From Raja brachyura (Eukaryota), in the NCBI GenBank assembly GCA_963514005.1, contig OY740803.1, positions 36,890,001 through 36,954,000 of the forward strand: a stretch of DNA of 64,000 nt, written 5' to 3'. Below the pieces are notes generated by a model. It searched no databases, was not told where the DNA came from, and saw only the letters and a program-made list of their open reading frames with translations. The position numbers were made by a program, and so were the translations under genes. Shown piece by piece: positions 22,461 to 35,234 of this stretch (the first letter of the stretch is position 1; each line of letters opens with the position of its first letter).

Positions 22461-23867
22461 AAAACTTAGAAAACTAGTCTGCGATTGTAATCCCTGCATT
22501 CTAGACAAGAGGGAAAGCGACAGACAAAAGATTAATGTCTTGAAATTCGATATCTGCCATCTGCCTCTTCTATTCCTGGCTGCTATAATCTTAACAGTGG
22601 TGCTATTGGCCCTGTACAAGACCGCAATTGAAAGGAGATAATGGTTACACTTAAGATGCAGAACTTGTGGTGCGATGAGCATCAACACATAATGATATTG
22701 ATGTAGGATAGATGATCTCATCGCTCCCCCCTGCTGGAGGGACCCTTTGGGCAGAATTGGGCAGGATGAGTTTTAAAAGGTATATGATATATGGTACAAT
22801 ACGTTATGATAAAGCTTTATCCCAGGGGGGAAATTGATCTGCCAACAGTCATAAAAACACAAAATACATGAAACATGAAATTAAAGTGACGAGTGGAAAG
22901 GCTTGGGGGATGTGCTAGGTTTGGGGAGGGGTGGAAGGTGGGGGGCAGGGGTGGTGGGAGTCAGTCTCAGTCTACCCCAAGACAGAAGGGGGACGAGTTG
23001 TAAAGTTTGATAGCCACAGGGAAGAAGGATCTCCTGTGATGTTCTGTCCTGCATCTTGGTGGAACCAGTCTGTCGCTGAAGGCACTCCTCAAGTTGACCA
23101 GTGTGCCATGGAGGGGGTGAGCTGTATTGTCCAAGATCCTCCCCTCCAAGACCACCTCCCATGAATCCAACTCCACCCCCAGGCTGGAGCTGATGAGTTC
23201 CTGATGAGTTTGTTGATCCTATTGGCGTAGATGCAATACTGCTTACCCCACATCTACGAAGGAGCTCTTAGCTCTCTCCAGACCTACTGATTACAATAGT
23301 GTCAATCCCTCGTTATCCCAGTCTGATTTCACTGGAAGGCCTCTACAAGCTGATTGCTACAGATCATTCCCAGTTAAATATACTCAAAAGTAACTTTCAA
23401 GAAGGAAGTGAGCACAGACAGGAAGGGAAGAATTTGTAAGACTGTGGGAGCATTTCAAGAGAATGGTAGTAATCAGACAGATGTATTTTTAAAAAATCAC
23501 CTGAGGCAGATAGCTTTGATCTGAAATTAAACCATTAAATGGTAGAAATATTCAAGAGGTCTAGCAGCATAACGCATTATAAGCATGGCCTGTTCACACC
23601 CAGCTGAGGCTCAATCAAAGAGACAGAAAGACATGCAAAACTGCTATGGAAATGTGATTAGTACAGAGATACAAGTCTTGTTAACATGTGTGGTGACCTC
23701 CAGTTATAGATGTTACAATAGTTGTCATCCTTATTGGTAGTCAAGTTCACCTAGTTATTTTCTGCATGTTCTGCCCGAACCAGTTTCTACCTGGATTATT
23801 CTGAATATTTGCCGAATTAAGGTAACAGTAGATGCATATTTTCGAAAGACATCGCCCCAGAGTTATG

Positions 23868-24085
23868 GTAGGAAGGAACTGCAGATGCTGGTTTCAACTG
23901 AAGATAGACACAAAAAGCTGGAGTAACTCAGCGGGTCAGACAGCATCTCTGGAGAAAAGGAATGGGTTGCGTTTCAGGTCGAGAACATCTGAAAAAGGGT
24001 CTGGACCCGAAACGTCATCTATTTCTTTTCGCCAGAGATGCTGTCTGACCTGCTGAGTTACTCCAGCTTTTTGTGCCTATCTTCT
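23868..24085. repeat. Penelope-derived palindromic element
   Basis: Inverted ~75-bp arms around a ctgaaaaagggtctggacccgaaacgtc core. Confidence 0.75.
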
Positions 24086-24499
24086 ATTCCAAAGTTAGTG
24101 CATAGCATGCAACAGGATTTGTTTGTTTTTGTTTGTTGTTTCATGTTCCAATTCGAGCTCTTGCTGTGGGAAAACTGGGATTACTTTGTGTTTGGATCTG
24201 GGGCTAAGGAGAGAGAGGGTGTGGTGGGGGAAGACTGAAGCTGCATTTTGTCATGGGCAGGAAGCCAACACACCTGCTCCTCGGGTCTACATAAACAAGG
24301 AAAGCATCAAAGCCTTGCCCCTGATTCTAGTCGCCTTCCTCCCCTTTCTGAGGATTACGTGTAAAATTGTAACGGATTATTGAGCACTATTTCAAATTTA
24401 ACAACATTGACGAATACACTCACCATATAATCCACCATGAAATGCTGTTCAGAAGTGACCTTTTCAAAATATGTAGTTACAAAATATGTGGTTAATAAT

Positions 24500-25665
24500 G
24501 TGCCACCCGTTCGGCTGCTTAGGAAGATGGGAGCCCAGGGTATTAAAGGGCAGATACTAGCATGGATAGCAAGTTGGCTGGATGGCAAAGGACAAAGAGT
24601 GGCAATAAAAGGGGCTTATTCTAGTTGACTGCCAGTAACTAGTGGAGATCCACAAGGGTCAGGGCTGGGGCTGCTACTCTTCATATTGTATATTAATGAT
24701 TTGGATGAAGGGATTGTAGGCTTTGTGGCAAAGTTTGTGGATGATACGGAAATAGGTGGAGGGGCAGGTGGTGTAGAGAAAGCAGGGACTCTACAAAAGG
24801 ACTTGGACATGTTGGGAGAGTGAGCAGGGAAGTACAGAAGATGGAATATAGTGTAGAAAAGTGTGGATTCATGTATTTTGGTTGAGGAAATAAAGGTGTA
24901 GACTATTTTCTAAATGGGGCGAGAATCCAGACTTCAGAGGTGCAAAGGGTCTTGGGAGTACTGGTGCAGGATTCCCAAAAAGTTAATCTACAAGTCAAAT
25001 CGGTAGTAAATAATGCAAACTCAATGCTTGCATTTATTTCAAGATGGCTTGATACAAAAACAGAGATGTAATGTTGAGGCTCTATAAGCCACATTTGAAA
25101 TATTGTGAGCAATTTTGGGCACCATATCTGAGGATGGGTGTGCTGGCTTTGGAGAGGGTCCAAAGGCAGTTTACATGAATGTTCCCAGGAACTAGTAGGT
25201 TAACCTATGATGAGCATTTGTCAGCACTGGGCCTGTACTCACTGGAGTTTAGAAGAATGAGGGGGGATCTCATACAGAATAATAAAAGGCTTGGATAGAG
25301 TGGATGTGGAGAATATGTTTCCACTAGTGGGAGAGTCTAGGATTAGAGGTCATTGCATCCGAATTAAAGAACGTTCTTTTAGGAAGGAGATGAGGAATTT
25401 CTTTATTTCTAAAATGTCTTTTTTTTTAGTCCGAGGGTGATGAATCTGTGGAATTCTTTGCCGCAGAAGGCTGTGGAGGCCAAGTCATTGGATATTTTTA
25501 AGGCGGAGATAGATAGATTTTTGATTAGTACAGGTGTCAGAGGTTATGGGGAGAAGGCAGGAGAATGGGGTTAGGAGAGAGAGATAGATCAGTCATGATT
25601 GAATGGCGGAGTAGACGATGGGCCGAATGGCCTAATTCTACTCCTATTCCTTATGACCTTATAAC
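24500..25665 (+). mobile_element. CR1 LINE RT and 3' fragment (degenerate)
   Basis: VTSGDPQGSGLG...YINDLD...KFVDDT remnants and a CR1 tail. Confidence 0.85.
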
Positions 25666-26806
25666 TTAGGCTGACTTATTTAATGTACTTCACCAGAAAT
25701 AGCTTTGCATCCATCCATCCACCTGAAATAATTAAACAGGGAGAAGCAAAAATAGTTCTGTGTTGAAAGGCACGTCATGGAAGCAGGTCTATCCCATTGA
25801 TATTTCAGGAAGCTATTATTGAATCAGATTTTGCTTGTTTTTCTTGGGAAGTACATTGCATGTGAAGATAGCCCTCCCAGTTCTGATTATGACGATGTCC
25901 CTATTTATAGCAATAACACTTAAAATGTCCAAACCGGTCAACTATATTATCCTTATTTTAAATGATTATAGTTACTAAATATAAAGCTACTGGATCCACT
26001 AAACTAAAACATGCAGTCTTCACATCTGCAGTGCTAACTGTGGATAATGCATTACAGGAATTGAGCATTTCATAAATCTCTTCACTGCCTAGTTTTTATT
26101 ATCTGCCTCCAAACTGTCCTTGGAGCTGTTTGCTCTAACTTAGAACCGTGGCAATGTTTAGAAAACTGTTAGCTTGCTGGATTAGAATGCAAAGCACCGG
26201 ATTAATAATTCAGGGTCAGAAATTTGGATCTATAGAATTGTTTAAAAAATTGAATAAATCCAGATCATGAAGCTTTTATCAGTTATGGCAATTGCTAGGT
26301 TGTCATAAATTACTATCTGTTCCACAAATGTAACTACGTGGATGTCCTTTTCATGACCCTATATGCACAGCGATATGATTGACTTTTAACTTCCTTCTGA
26401 AATTGTCTTGCATGCTTCTTAGCCAAAGAGGATTTTACAATGGGTGAATATGCTCCCTTGCAAGCTACACCCACAATCCCATAAATCATTACACAAACAA
26501 AAATAATATGTCATAAAAAAGCATTCTGAATGAGGAAACTGACACTGGGGAATTTGGTAGGGACTTAAAGATGACCCACAGGGAGGATTTACGGCAATTG
26601 TATTGGAAGATGCGATGGTTTGGTGGAATAGCAGTAAGATGAGGATAGAGACACTAAGGAGACCAAACTGAAATCAATATTATTGTTGTTCTCTTTGTTA
26701 GTCCTGGTGCTGTAATAGATAGCTGCAGCATCACATTTCATCTGCTAAGTAACTGGAAGTATAAGTGGGCGATAAAACTGTAACCTGACTCTTCTTGGTG
26801 TTCCAG

Positions 26807-26897
26807 GCCCTCTTCCATCCAAATAGTGGAGCAGCTGGAGAATTTGGGGACCTGAAGACTATCCGTCTAAAGGAGTACAAGGCTTTCTACCTGACAG
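26807..26897 (+). CDS. ARSG: ARSG exon ([31 protein letters not shown])
   Basis: ttccAG acceptor, GTgaag donor, 91 nt. [10 protein letters not shown]...YKAFY is characteristic of ARSG. Confidence 0.95.
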
Positions 26898-27899
26898 GTG
26901 AAGAGAATGAACCTAGCTTGATTGATTATTTACTGTCATGTGAATTGGTACAGTGAGATTGTTTGTGTATATCACAGAGTGCACTAAGTTACAAAAATAG
27001 TCAATGTAGTCCCTCTTCCTTCTTCCCCCCTCCCCCCTCTCCCGCTCTCCCCCCCTTTGTTCTTGGCGCCCCCCCCCCCCCCCCCGCCGGGCGCCTCTTT
27101 GTTCTCGGCGGCACATCCTCCACTGACCATCGCTGCTTAATGCGGGCGACGACCCTCCGATGGCCCTCCACTCTCACCAACAATCCCTACTTCCTCGCCA
27201 ACGCTTCCTCACTCTGCCAGCAGCCAAGTCCTCCCAGTCCCAGTTGGCTCCGCTCCTTGGTGGCCAGGCCCGGTTTCAGCCGGGGCACAGTTTGTGTTGA
27301 GGGATCCATCTCAACATTGACTTTAGATTGTGGCAAGGGACAGAAAAATCTTTCCATATATCACCATAATTCATGAGCCAAACAAATGTGCTAATTATAG
27401 TCAAAGTCGTAGAAAGGCTTGGTCATAAATAACAATCTTTTAATTTTACCACATGCAGCGGTGATTTTTTTTTTAGAGGCTGTTATTTTCTCTTCAGAGA
27501 GAAGATAGGAGTTGTAATTTGATCATCGTTATATATTTAAACACAAAGTGATTCATGCAATTAAGAAAAACCTCAACCTACAGCACTGAGGTGCAAGGAT
27601 GCTTGAAGTACAGACTCACAACAGGTACTGGGATTTCTGATGATTACAATTAATCAATGGAAATATGTAATATAGGAAGCTTGTGGAGTTACTGTATATT
27701 TGTCTAGATTTCCAAGAAGCTTCATGCCCTGAAATCTGTATATTTCTGGCTGCCATGAGCAATGCTGGCAGGGCCAGATTTTGCTGGTCATCATTAATTG
27801 TCCTTGAGTTGCCCTTTGAACGGCTGCAATCTTTCTGACAAAGGAACTCCCATATTATTGCTGGCAGTTCCAAGATGTACCAATGAAAGACCAAGACCA

Positions 27900-28715
27900 G
27901 CAACATATTTCCAAATCAGTTCAGAGGGAATCATGTATTTGATGGGTCTCTGTTGCGTACACCACCCTTATCATTGGGGGTAGAAGCTCCAGATTTTGGA
28001 GGTGCCATTGGAGTACCTGGGCAAGGCACTGCATGGCATTTTGTAACTGATGTACATTTGTAGCCACTGTATATCACCGATGGAGCAAATTAAAGTTTAG
28101 GGTGGTTGATTGGGTACTAATCAAGTGGGCTGCTTTATTCTGGATGATGTAAAATTTCTTGAGAATTGTTGACAATCCAGCCATCCATACAAGTGGAGAA
28201 CATTCCATTAGGCTCCTGACTTTGCCTGATGGGTGAGGAAATGGTCTTGGGATGTCTAAGTGAGTACTCATCGTAGGATATCCAACCTCTGATCTGCTCC
28301 TGTATTAATATGGCTGGTCCAGTTGAGTTTATGGCCCAGGGTATTGACAGTGGGGGCCTTGGCATTGCTAGTTGAACCCTCACTTGTTGAACATGATCAT
28401 TGCTCGGCACTTCTGTGGTGCAAAACCTACTTGCCACTTCTCAGTCCATGCTTGAATGTTCTCTAGGTCTTGATGCTTCAAGCGTGGACTTGTTCTGAGT
28501 CTTTCAACCACTGTGCCTGCTTCATTTGCTGAGAAGGTATGAATGTATTTGAACATCAAACATTCCCACTTCTGGCCCCAAAGATGGTCATTGATGAAGC
28601 AGCTGAAGATGGTTGGGTGTAAAACACTGCTGTGATGGAACTTCCATAATGATATCTTAAGGCTGGGATGGCTGACTTCCAAAAACTACAACCATCTTCC
28701 TATGTTCAGGGTACA
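27900..28715 (-). mobile_element. Old CR1/L2-group LINE remnant
   Basis: SVLHPTIFSCFIND, QDLENIQAWTEKWQV and VRSLMECSPLVW fragments. Confidence 0.6.
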
Positions 28716-28779
28716 ACTCTGGTGTGTGATCTGCACCTGAATCTGGCTTTTACGTGGGGCCCAGTCACCTTACTTATGA

Positions 28780-29127
28780 TTTAGATCGAGTCAACACACA
28801 TAGAAAATCTCATACAGGAATGGTGAGTTTCTTAAACAAGTCAATTTATTCAGGCCTTGACAGCATATACTGGGTGCACTCTGAGATGCACTAATGTGTT
28901 TCACTGACTCCAAAACACTTACAGCATTTTATACTATTCATATTATAAAGGTGACGAGCAGATTTAACAATCTTGCAATAATTCTCCAGTCACTCACTTT
29001 TCTTTGCAGTCCTTGACCCTTGGTTTCACCACTTCTGGAGTTGTCTCCATCTGACTGACAGCTGGAACTTCTCATCCTGTTCATAGGAAACCATTCTCCC
29101 ATTTGCTCTGTTAGTGGGTGTCATACA
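28780..29127 (-). mobile_element. Probable solo LTR (348 bp)
   Basis: 4-bp TSD ATGA (28776-28779 / 29128-29131). The minus strand begins TGTA, with TATAAA at 28933-28928 and AATAAA at 28850-28845. The 3' end is AA rather than CA. Confidence 0.5.
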
Positions 29128-29676
29128 ATGACCATTATAGTCAGCGATCGTAGGTGGCAATTAGGATATGTAGCTTGACTCTATGGCTTTAGTTGTTGAG
29201 TCGATGTCCAATTGGGGACTTGGTGCTTGGCAAACTGCAGAATGCCACCCTATATCTGCGACATTAACCAGTTGGAATAGACACCACTCACCTGTTCCCT
29301 GTGTTTTTCCTGAGAAATATTACTCACCCTGTCTATAATTCCATTTATTGTTGATTCAGTTGGCTTGAGTATTGTAACATCCTTAACAAATACTTGGGGC
29401 AATTCTTCCCAACATCACTGAGTGTGTCAGCCTCTTTAAATCCCAGTGTTGCTACCCTCTGTTTCTTCCATTTCAACAGTTTGCACTTTTTTATTATTTC
29501 AGAATAAAAAAAACCCTCTTTTTGGAAGGTGGGGCCTGATGTAATCAATTGGCCAAGTATTCCACAGATCATTATTTACATTTTACCAGACTCTTACTGA
29601 ATTTCAAGCATTTGCATTATAAGCTTGTTTGGTATTCCGAAAACCATTTGCCGAATCATGTGATTTGTCAAAGGTC

Positions 29677-30256
29677 ACTCGCGATAATCATTCTCGGCAA
29701 CTGTGCTGCTGCAAGTATACAGACCTGCGTTTCATCCGTAGTCAGGATCGAACCCTGGTCTCTGGTGCTGCAAGCGCTGTTGAAATGCTGCTGGACCGTC
29801 TCCGTCCATCCTGAGTGTCCCATCCCTGTCGGGGGGTGGCCGACAGCGGTGGACTGATGGGACACTGGCCCACAGCAGTGGGGTTTGCGCTTCTTCTCTG
29901 CGCTGGCTGTAAGCCTGGGCCGCCACTGCTCCGGGCCGGTGTCCCGTCAGTCCAGGGCTGTCAGTTAACCCGGCGGGACAGGCAGAGTTGAGCTGCAGTT
30001 AGCGTTTCTTCTCCACGCTGGTTGTAAGCCTGGGCAGCCACTGCTTCGGGCCGGTGTCCCGTCAGTCCAGCGTCACCCCGGACATCTCTGGCTGCCCCCG
30101 GACAGCGGATGGGACACTCGGGAGCGGATGGGGACGGTCCAGTAGCAATTCAACAGAGCTTGCAGCACCGGAGACCCGGGTTCGATCCTGACTACGGATG
30201 AAGCGCAGGTCTGTATACATGCAGCAACACAGCTGCAGAGAATGTTTATCGTGAGT
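29677..30256. mobile_element. Foldback/MITE-like element with long inverted arms containing SINE heads
   Basis: 29677-~29880 is the imperfect reverse complement of ~30037-30256. A ~62-bp internal direct repeat lies at ~29890 and ~30009. Confidence 0.7.
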
Positions 30257-30369
30257 TAGCTATGAACTAGGCATGCACAGTCGGAATACCTAATTCGCTT
30301 ATTGGCAGGAAACCTGGCGCTCATTAGCATTTTGCAAGACAATTACAAGGCAATGGAAAATTCCATGAA

Positions 30370-31690
30370 GGACCAGGTTTGGACAGCTGGAGGCAGCCCG
30401 GGATTGGCAGATGCTGCTGGATGTGGACCAACGGCTCACAGTTCCATCAGAGATAGCCATCACCAACCTGAGGCCTGATCTTGTCCTCTGGTCGAACTCT
30501 CAGCGCATGGTGTATCTTGTGGAGCTCACAGGCCCTTAGGAGAATGCTGTGCAGGAAGCCTTCGAAATAAAGAGACTGCGATATACAGAGCTTGCAGCGG
30601 AGGCAGAACAGCGGGGCTGGAGAGCTAAGATCTGCCCAATAGAAGTTGGATGTCGAGGATTTGTGGCAACATCAACCGTAAGACTGATGAAGGACCTGGG
30701 GATCAGCGGACAAGCCCTATGCCAGGCCATCAAAGAAACATCACGGTTGGCAGAGCGGAGTAGCCAGTGGCTCTGGTGGAAGAGGAAAGACCCCATTTGG
30801 TCTCCCAAATAACCGACTGGACAGATGCAGAGGGGGGTGGTTCTGGGACGCCAGAATGCACCGCTGAGCCTACTGGAGACGTCGTGGGTCCAATCAACGA
30901 AACGTCGATGAAAGTAGGTGCCCACTTGATAACCCCAATGACGTGTCTGCCAAGCCTTTCTCAACATCGGAGGAGCATAGGTGAGTGCATAAAGGGCCTG
31001 TCCCACCAGCATGCAACTCGATGCGATTAGCGCGACCTAACGTGGTCGCTTGAGCCGTCCGGCGTCGCGGGGCCGGTCCCACTTCGATCGCCGGAGCCGT
31101 GCGGAATTGTGCGGAGTTCGTCCCGAGTTCGTCCCGAGTTCGTCCCGACGCCGCGCGGGGCTCCGAAAAACCGACAATGTCCAAAAATCCCGCGCGGCAA
31201 CGGTTTGTCGGCTCGCAGTCGCCGCGACATTTACACACCGCCCGGACATCATGCCTCCGTGAAACTATTTGTAAGTGCCTCCGTGACCCTCTATGTGTGT
31301 GGCTCCGTGGCCCTGTATGTGTGTGTGTCTCGGTGCCCCTCTCTGTGTGCCCCTCTAAGTCCTGGCGAACTTACCTTGGACTTGCTTCAAGTTCGCCTCG
31401 CTTTGCGCCGCGTTGCGCCACTCACCCAACCTCCGCGCGGCCCCTACTGCCGGTTTAGTTGCGCTTGCCGCATGCAGGCGCATGCTGGTGGGACCGGCCC
31501 TGTACAGGGGATCACCCGACCTCCGCGCGGCCCCCGCTGCCGGTTTGATCGCGTTCATCGCATATAGTTGCGTGCTGGTGGGACAGGCCCTTAAGGCTCC
31601 CATCACCGCCGGGACAGGTTGACATTTGGCACTTTGGATTTTTAACATCGCGTCCTGTGTATTTGGAAACATGTAATTACATCATAACAA
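30370..31690 (+). mobile_element. HERO-like (restriction-like endonuclease) non-LTR retrotransposon 3' fragment
   Basis: DWQMLLD...LRPDLVLWS...VELTGP*E..EAFEIKRLRY...PIEVGCRGF...WLWWKR is an RLE PD..(D/E)xK-type domain with one stop at 30537-30539. The 3' UTR is interrupted by a MITE. Confidence 0.75.
30993..31591. mobile_element. PIF/Harbinger-type MITE nested in the HERO 3' UTR
   Basis: TAA TSDs (30990-30992, 31592-31594) and TIR AGGGCCTGTCCCACCAGCA. The right-end block is duplicated. Confidence 0.8.
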
Positions 31691-31911
31691 GCTTCCCCGA
31701 AAGAACTCAAAACCAATAATTCAAAAGTCTTGAGCAATACCTTTTGGTCTTTTGTACATCATTGTTAAGATTATCTCCCAAAATACCAATTTTAAATTTG
31801 CAATTTAACTAAGCACTAATCATTAACTTACAGAAATCCCAATTTCTCTCCGTAATATTGGCATCTCACATCCAGAAAAGACACGTTCACAGTTCTCACT
31901 AGTATGCCATC

Positions 31912-32655
31912 ACCACCGGGTGGCGCCCGTAATGGCCGCCTCGCCAACAGTCTGTCTCGTCCCTTCTCTGTTTTTATTGTTTTAAGTATGTCTTGAATGT
32001 ATGACTTAATGTTTCTTGGTATGTTTCATGTGGTGTGGGGGAGGGGGGAGAGATCGGTGGAAACTTTTTTCTGCCACTTACCTCAACGGTGATGCGATTT
32101 TTCTCCGTGTCGCATCTCTGTCCCCCGTACAGTCGAACAACGTCGAGTGGTGTGGCCTCTCCTGGCGACCGGCCCTGAGCTTCAAGCCGCTGGCGCGGCA
32201 CAAACTTACCATCTTGGAGCGGGCGATCCTTTGCTGAGGATCGCCAGCGAAAGTGGTCCGATCATGCGTGTGGCCTGTGGACCAACACCGTGAAGCAGCG
32301 GTCTCCGGTAAGAAGAGGCCGACCCGGGAGCTCCATGCCGCGGAGTGCTCCGATCCGTCCTGACGCCAGAGTTTCGAACATACTGACGCGAGGGCTTGAA
32401 CATTGGACCGTCGGCAGCAGCAAACTGCGGAGGGTTCAAAGGCCCCGACAATGGGTGAACAAAGGAGGAAGATAACTGATCTTTATTGCCTTCCATCACA
32501 ATGAGGAATGTTGATCCTACTGTGGTGGATGTTTATGTTGAATTTTATTTTATGTAGCTGTGTGTGTTGTTGCTTTTCACTTAGTATGGCTGCATGGTAA
32601 CTCACATTTCACTGTAACTTAATTGGTTAAGTGACAATAAACTCGAAGTTGAACT
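31912..32655 (+). mobile_element. GC-rich ~740-bp non-autonomous retroposon with Rex-like tail
   Basis: Head gggtggcgcc..atggccgcctcgccaacagtctgtc, tail gtgacaataaa...gttgaac. Homologous to the 35.8 and 48.7 kb copies. Confidence 0.65.
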
Positions 32656-33534
32656 TCCTTTCAATTACCTTCACTTTGTTGGCCTTATTTCCCATCATAC
32701 TTCTCCAGCATGTAAGGTTCATAGGCTAACCATATTACAAACTTGCTTAGTTTTCTCACAATTTTTTGGAATTGCTATAGCAGACTCCAACTAATGCAGT
32801 GCTTTCCCTTTGACTTCAATTTTATACAATGCCTTGATGCCACATTTGGTCAAATGTTGCCTCAACGTTAAGGACAGTCACTCTCAGCATGCCTCTGGAT
32901 ATCAGCTCCTTGAGCTGTGTTTGAAACAAAGCTGTGAGAAAGTCTGAAGATGAGTGGTTCTGGCTAAACACGGACTAGGCATTGGTGAGTAGGTGCCCTG
33001 CAATTTAAGAGCAGGGTTGATGACATCTTCCTCACTTTGCCAATCACTGAGTCGACTGATTAGGTGGTAATTAGTCCATTTGGATTTGTAGAAGGGTTTC
33101 GACCCGAAATGTTGCCTATTTATTTCGCTCCATAGATGCTGCCTCACCCGCTGAGTTTCTCCAACATTTTTGTCTACCTTCAATTTGGATTTGTTCTGAG
33201 TTTTGTGAACTGGACACAACTGGACAAGTTTCCACATTGGTAGGTGGCGTTTCTGGTCAAGACCCTTCTTCAGAATGAAGGAATAGGTCTGAGGAAGGGT
33301 CCCAACCTGAAGACACAGTCTGAAGTAGGGTCACAACCGGAAATTATTCCTATCCATGTTCTCCAGAGATGCTGCCTGAACCGCTGAATTACCCCAGCAA
33401 TTAGAGGATTTGTTTGTAAACCAGCATCTGCATTTCCTTGTGTTTTCAAGTTTCCATATAGTTTGGTTGTTGACACCACTGCAACTCTACTGGAGCATCT
33501 TGGCTTGAGGCAGAGCTGGTCCAGGAGTGTAAAT

Positions 33535-34215
33535 TAGTGGGCAAAATTAGGGCACATGGTATTGGGGGTAGAGTGCTGACATGTGTAGAAAATTGGTTGG
33601 CAGACAGGAAACAAAGAGTAGGGATAAACAGGTCACTTTCAAACTGGCAGGCAGTAACTAGTGGGGTACCGCAAGGCTCGGTTCTGGGACCGCAGCTATT
33701 TACAATATATATTAATGATTTAGATGAAGGGATTACAAGTAGCATTAGCAAATTTGCAGTTGACATAAAGCTGTGTGGCAGTGTGAACTGTGTGGAGGTT
33801 GCTATGAGAATGCAGGGTGACTTGGACAAGTTGGGTGAGTGGGCAGATGCATGGCAGATGCAGTTTAATGTGGATGCAGTTTAAATGTTAGGTTATAAAT
33901 GTGGGGGGAGTCCAGAACCAGGGGCCACAGTTTAAGATTAAGGGGTACACCATTTAGAATAGAGATGAGGAAACACTTTTACTCACAGAGAGTGGTGAGT
34001 CTGTGGAATTATCTGCCTCAGAGGGTGGTGGAGGCCGGTTCTCTGGATACTTTCAAGAGAGAGCTAGATAGGGCTCTTGAAGATAGTGGAATCAGGGGGT
34101 ATGGGGAGAAGGCAGATACGGGGTATTGATTGTGGATGATCAGCCATGATCACATTGAATGGCGGTGCTGGCTTGAAGGGCCAAATGGCCTACTCCTGCA
34201 TCTATTGTCTATTGT
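33535..34215 (+). mobile_element. CR1 RT fragment and 3' end (internally deleted)
   Basis: VTSGVPQGSVLGPQLFTIYINDLD...; SRTRGHSL...LWNYLP. Confidence 0.85.
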
Positions 34216-34267
34216 AAATGTTATAGTATGTGAATGACAGTTCCATCCAAGATCGCAAGGTATTTAT

Positions 34268-34722
34268 AGAATTGTGGACGCAGCCCAGGCCAACCTCCCT
34301 TCCATTGACTCCATTGACACCTCACGTTGCCTTGTGAAGGCCACCAGCATAATCAAGGACGGGTTGCACTCCGGCAACTCCCTCTTCTTCCCTCTCCCAT
34401 TGTGTAAAAGGAATCGAAGTGTGAAAGAATATACCTCCAAATTTAGGATCAGTTTTTTCACAGCTGTTATCAGACAACTGAACCATCCTACCAACAACTA
34501 GAGAGCAGTCCTGAACTATTATCAACCTCAATGGAGACACTCAGCCTATCTTTGATCGGACTTTAACTTGCACCAAACATTATTCACATTACATCCTTTA
34601 TCATGTATCTGTATAGTATGGACAACTCAATCGTAATCATGTATTATGTTTCCGCTGACTGGTTAGCACGCAACAAAAACTTTTCACTGTCCCCTGGTAC
34701 AAGTGGCAATAAACTAAACTCA
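34268..34722 (+). mobile_element. Rex1-like LINE 3' end (related copies ~42885-43190 and ~51410-51715)
   Basis: KATSIIKD...SFFTAVIRQLN plus a shared 3' UTR. Confidence 0.65.
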
Positions 34723-35234
34723 AAGCAAGGGAAAGCAAGGGAAAGCAAGGGAAAGCAAGCCATCCTTTGCCTCACAGTCTCAAATCCCAGTATCATTCTA
34801 CTTAACCAAGAAGGTCCACATTGGTTAGTATGGTGTGTCAGGGGTTATGGGGAGAAGGAAGAATGGGGTTAGGAGGGAGAGGTAGATCAGCCATGATTGA
34901 ATGACGCAGTAGACTTGATGGGCTGAATGGCCTCATTCTGCTCCTATTACTTATGACCTTATGACCTTATTGCTGATTAGAGCAAGGTGACAACTTCATC
35001 TTCCTCGTGCACATAAGTAGCTTCCTCATTCCAAAAACATCGCTATGACAAAAAAACGTATCACATGTTTGTACAATGGGGAAGCATTGAGACCGGGACA
35101 GAGGTTGTAACGTTGTCATCTTCAACGTCATGTCACCTGGTTGCCATTTAAATGTGCTGCATAATTCATAATAAAAACCGGTTCATAGAATTGTGTAAGA
35201 ACGATAACAGTATATTGTTTTCTTATGATTGTAG

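Noticed and set aside
31114-31146. Short tandem repeat (gagttcgtccc)x3 as a CRISPR-like array
   Set aside because: It has no spacers, is internal to a MITE, and the context is eukaryotic.
30536-31672. Many overlapping GC-rich ORFs (also at 48.8-49.4 kb and 1-365)
   Set aside because: They reflect low stop-codon frequency in GC-rich MITE or retroposon sequence; only the HERO frame has recognisable motifs.
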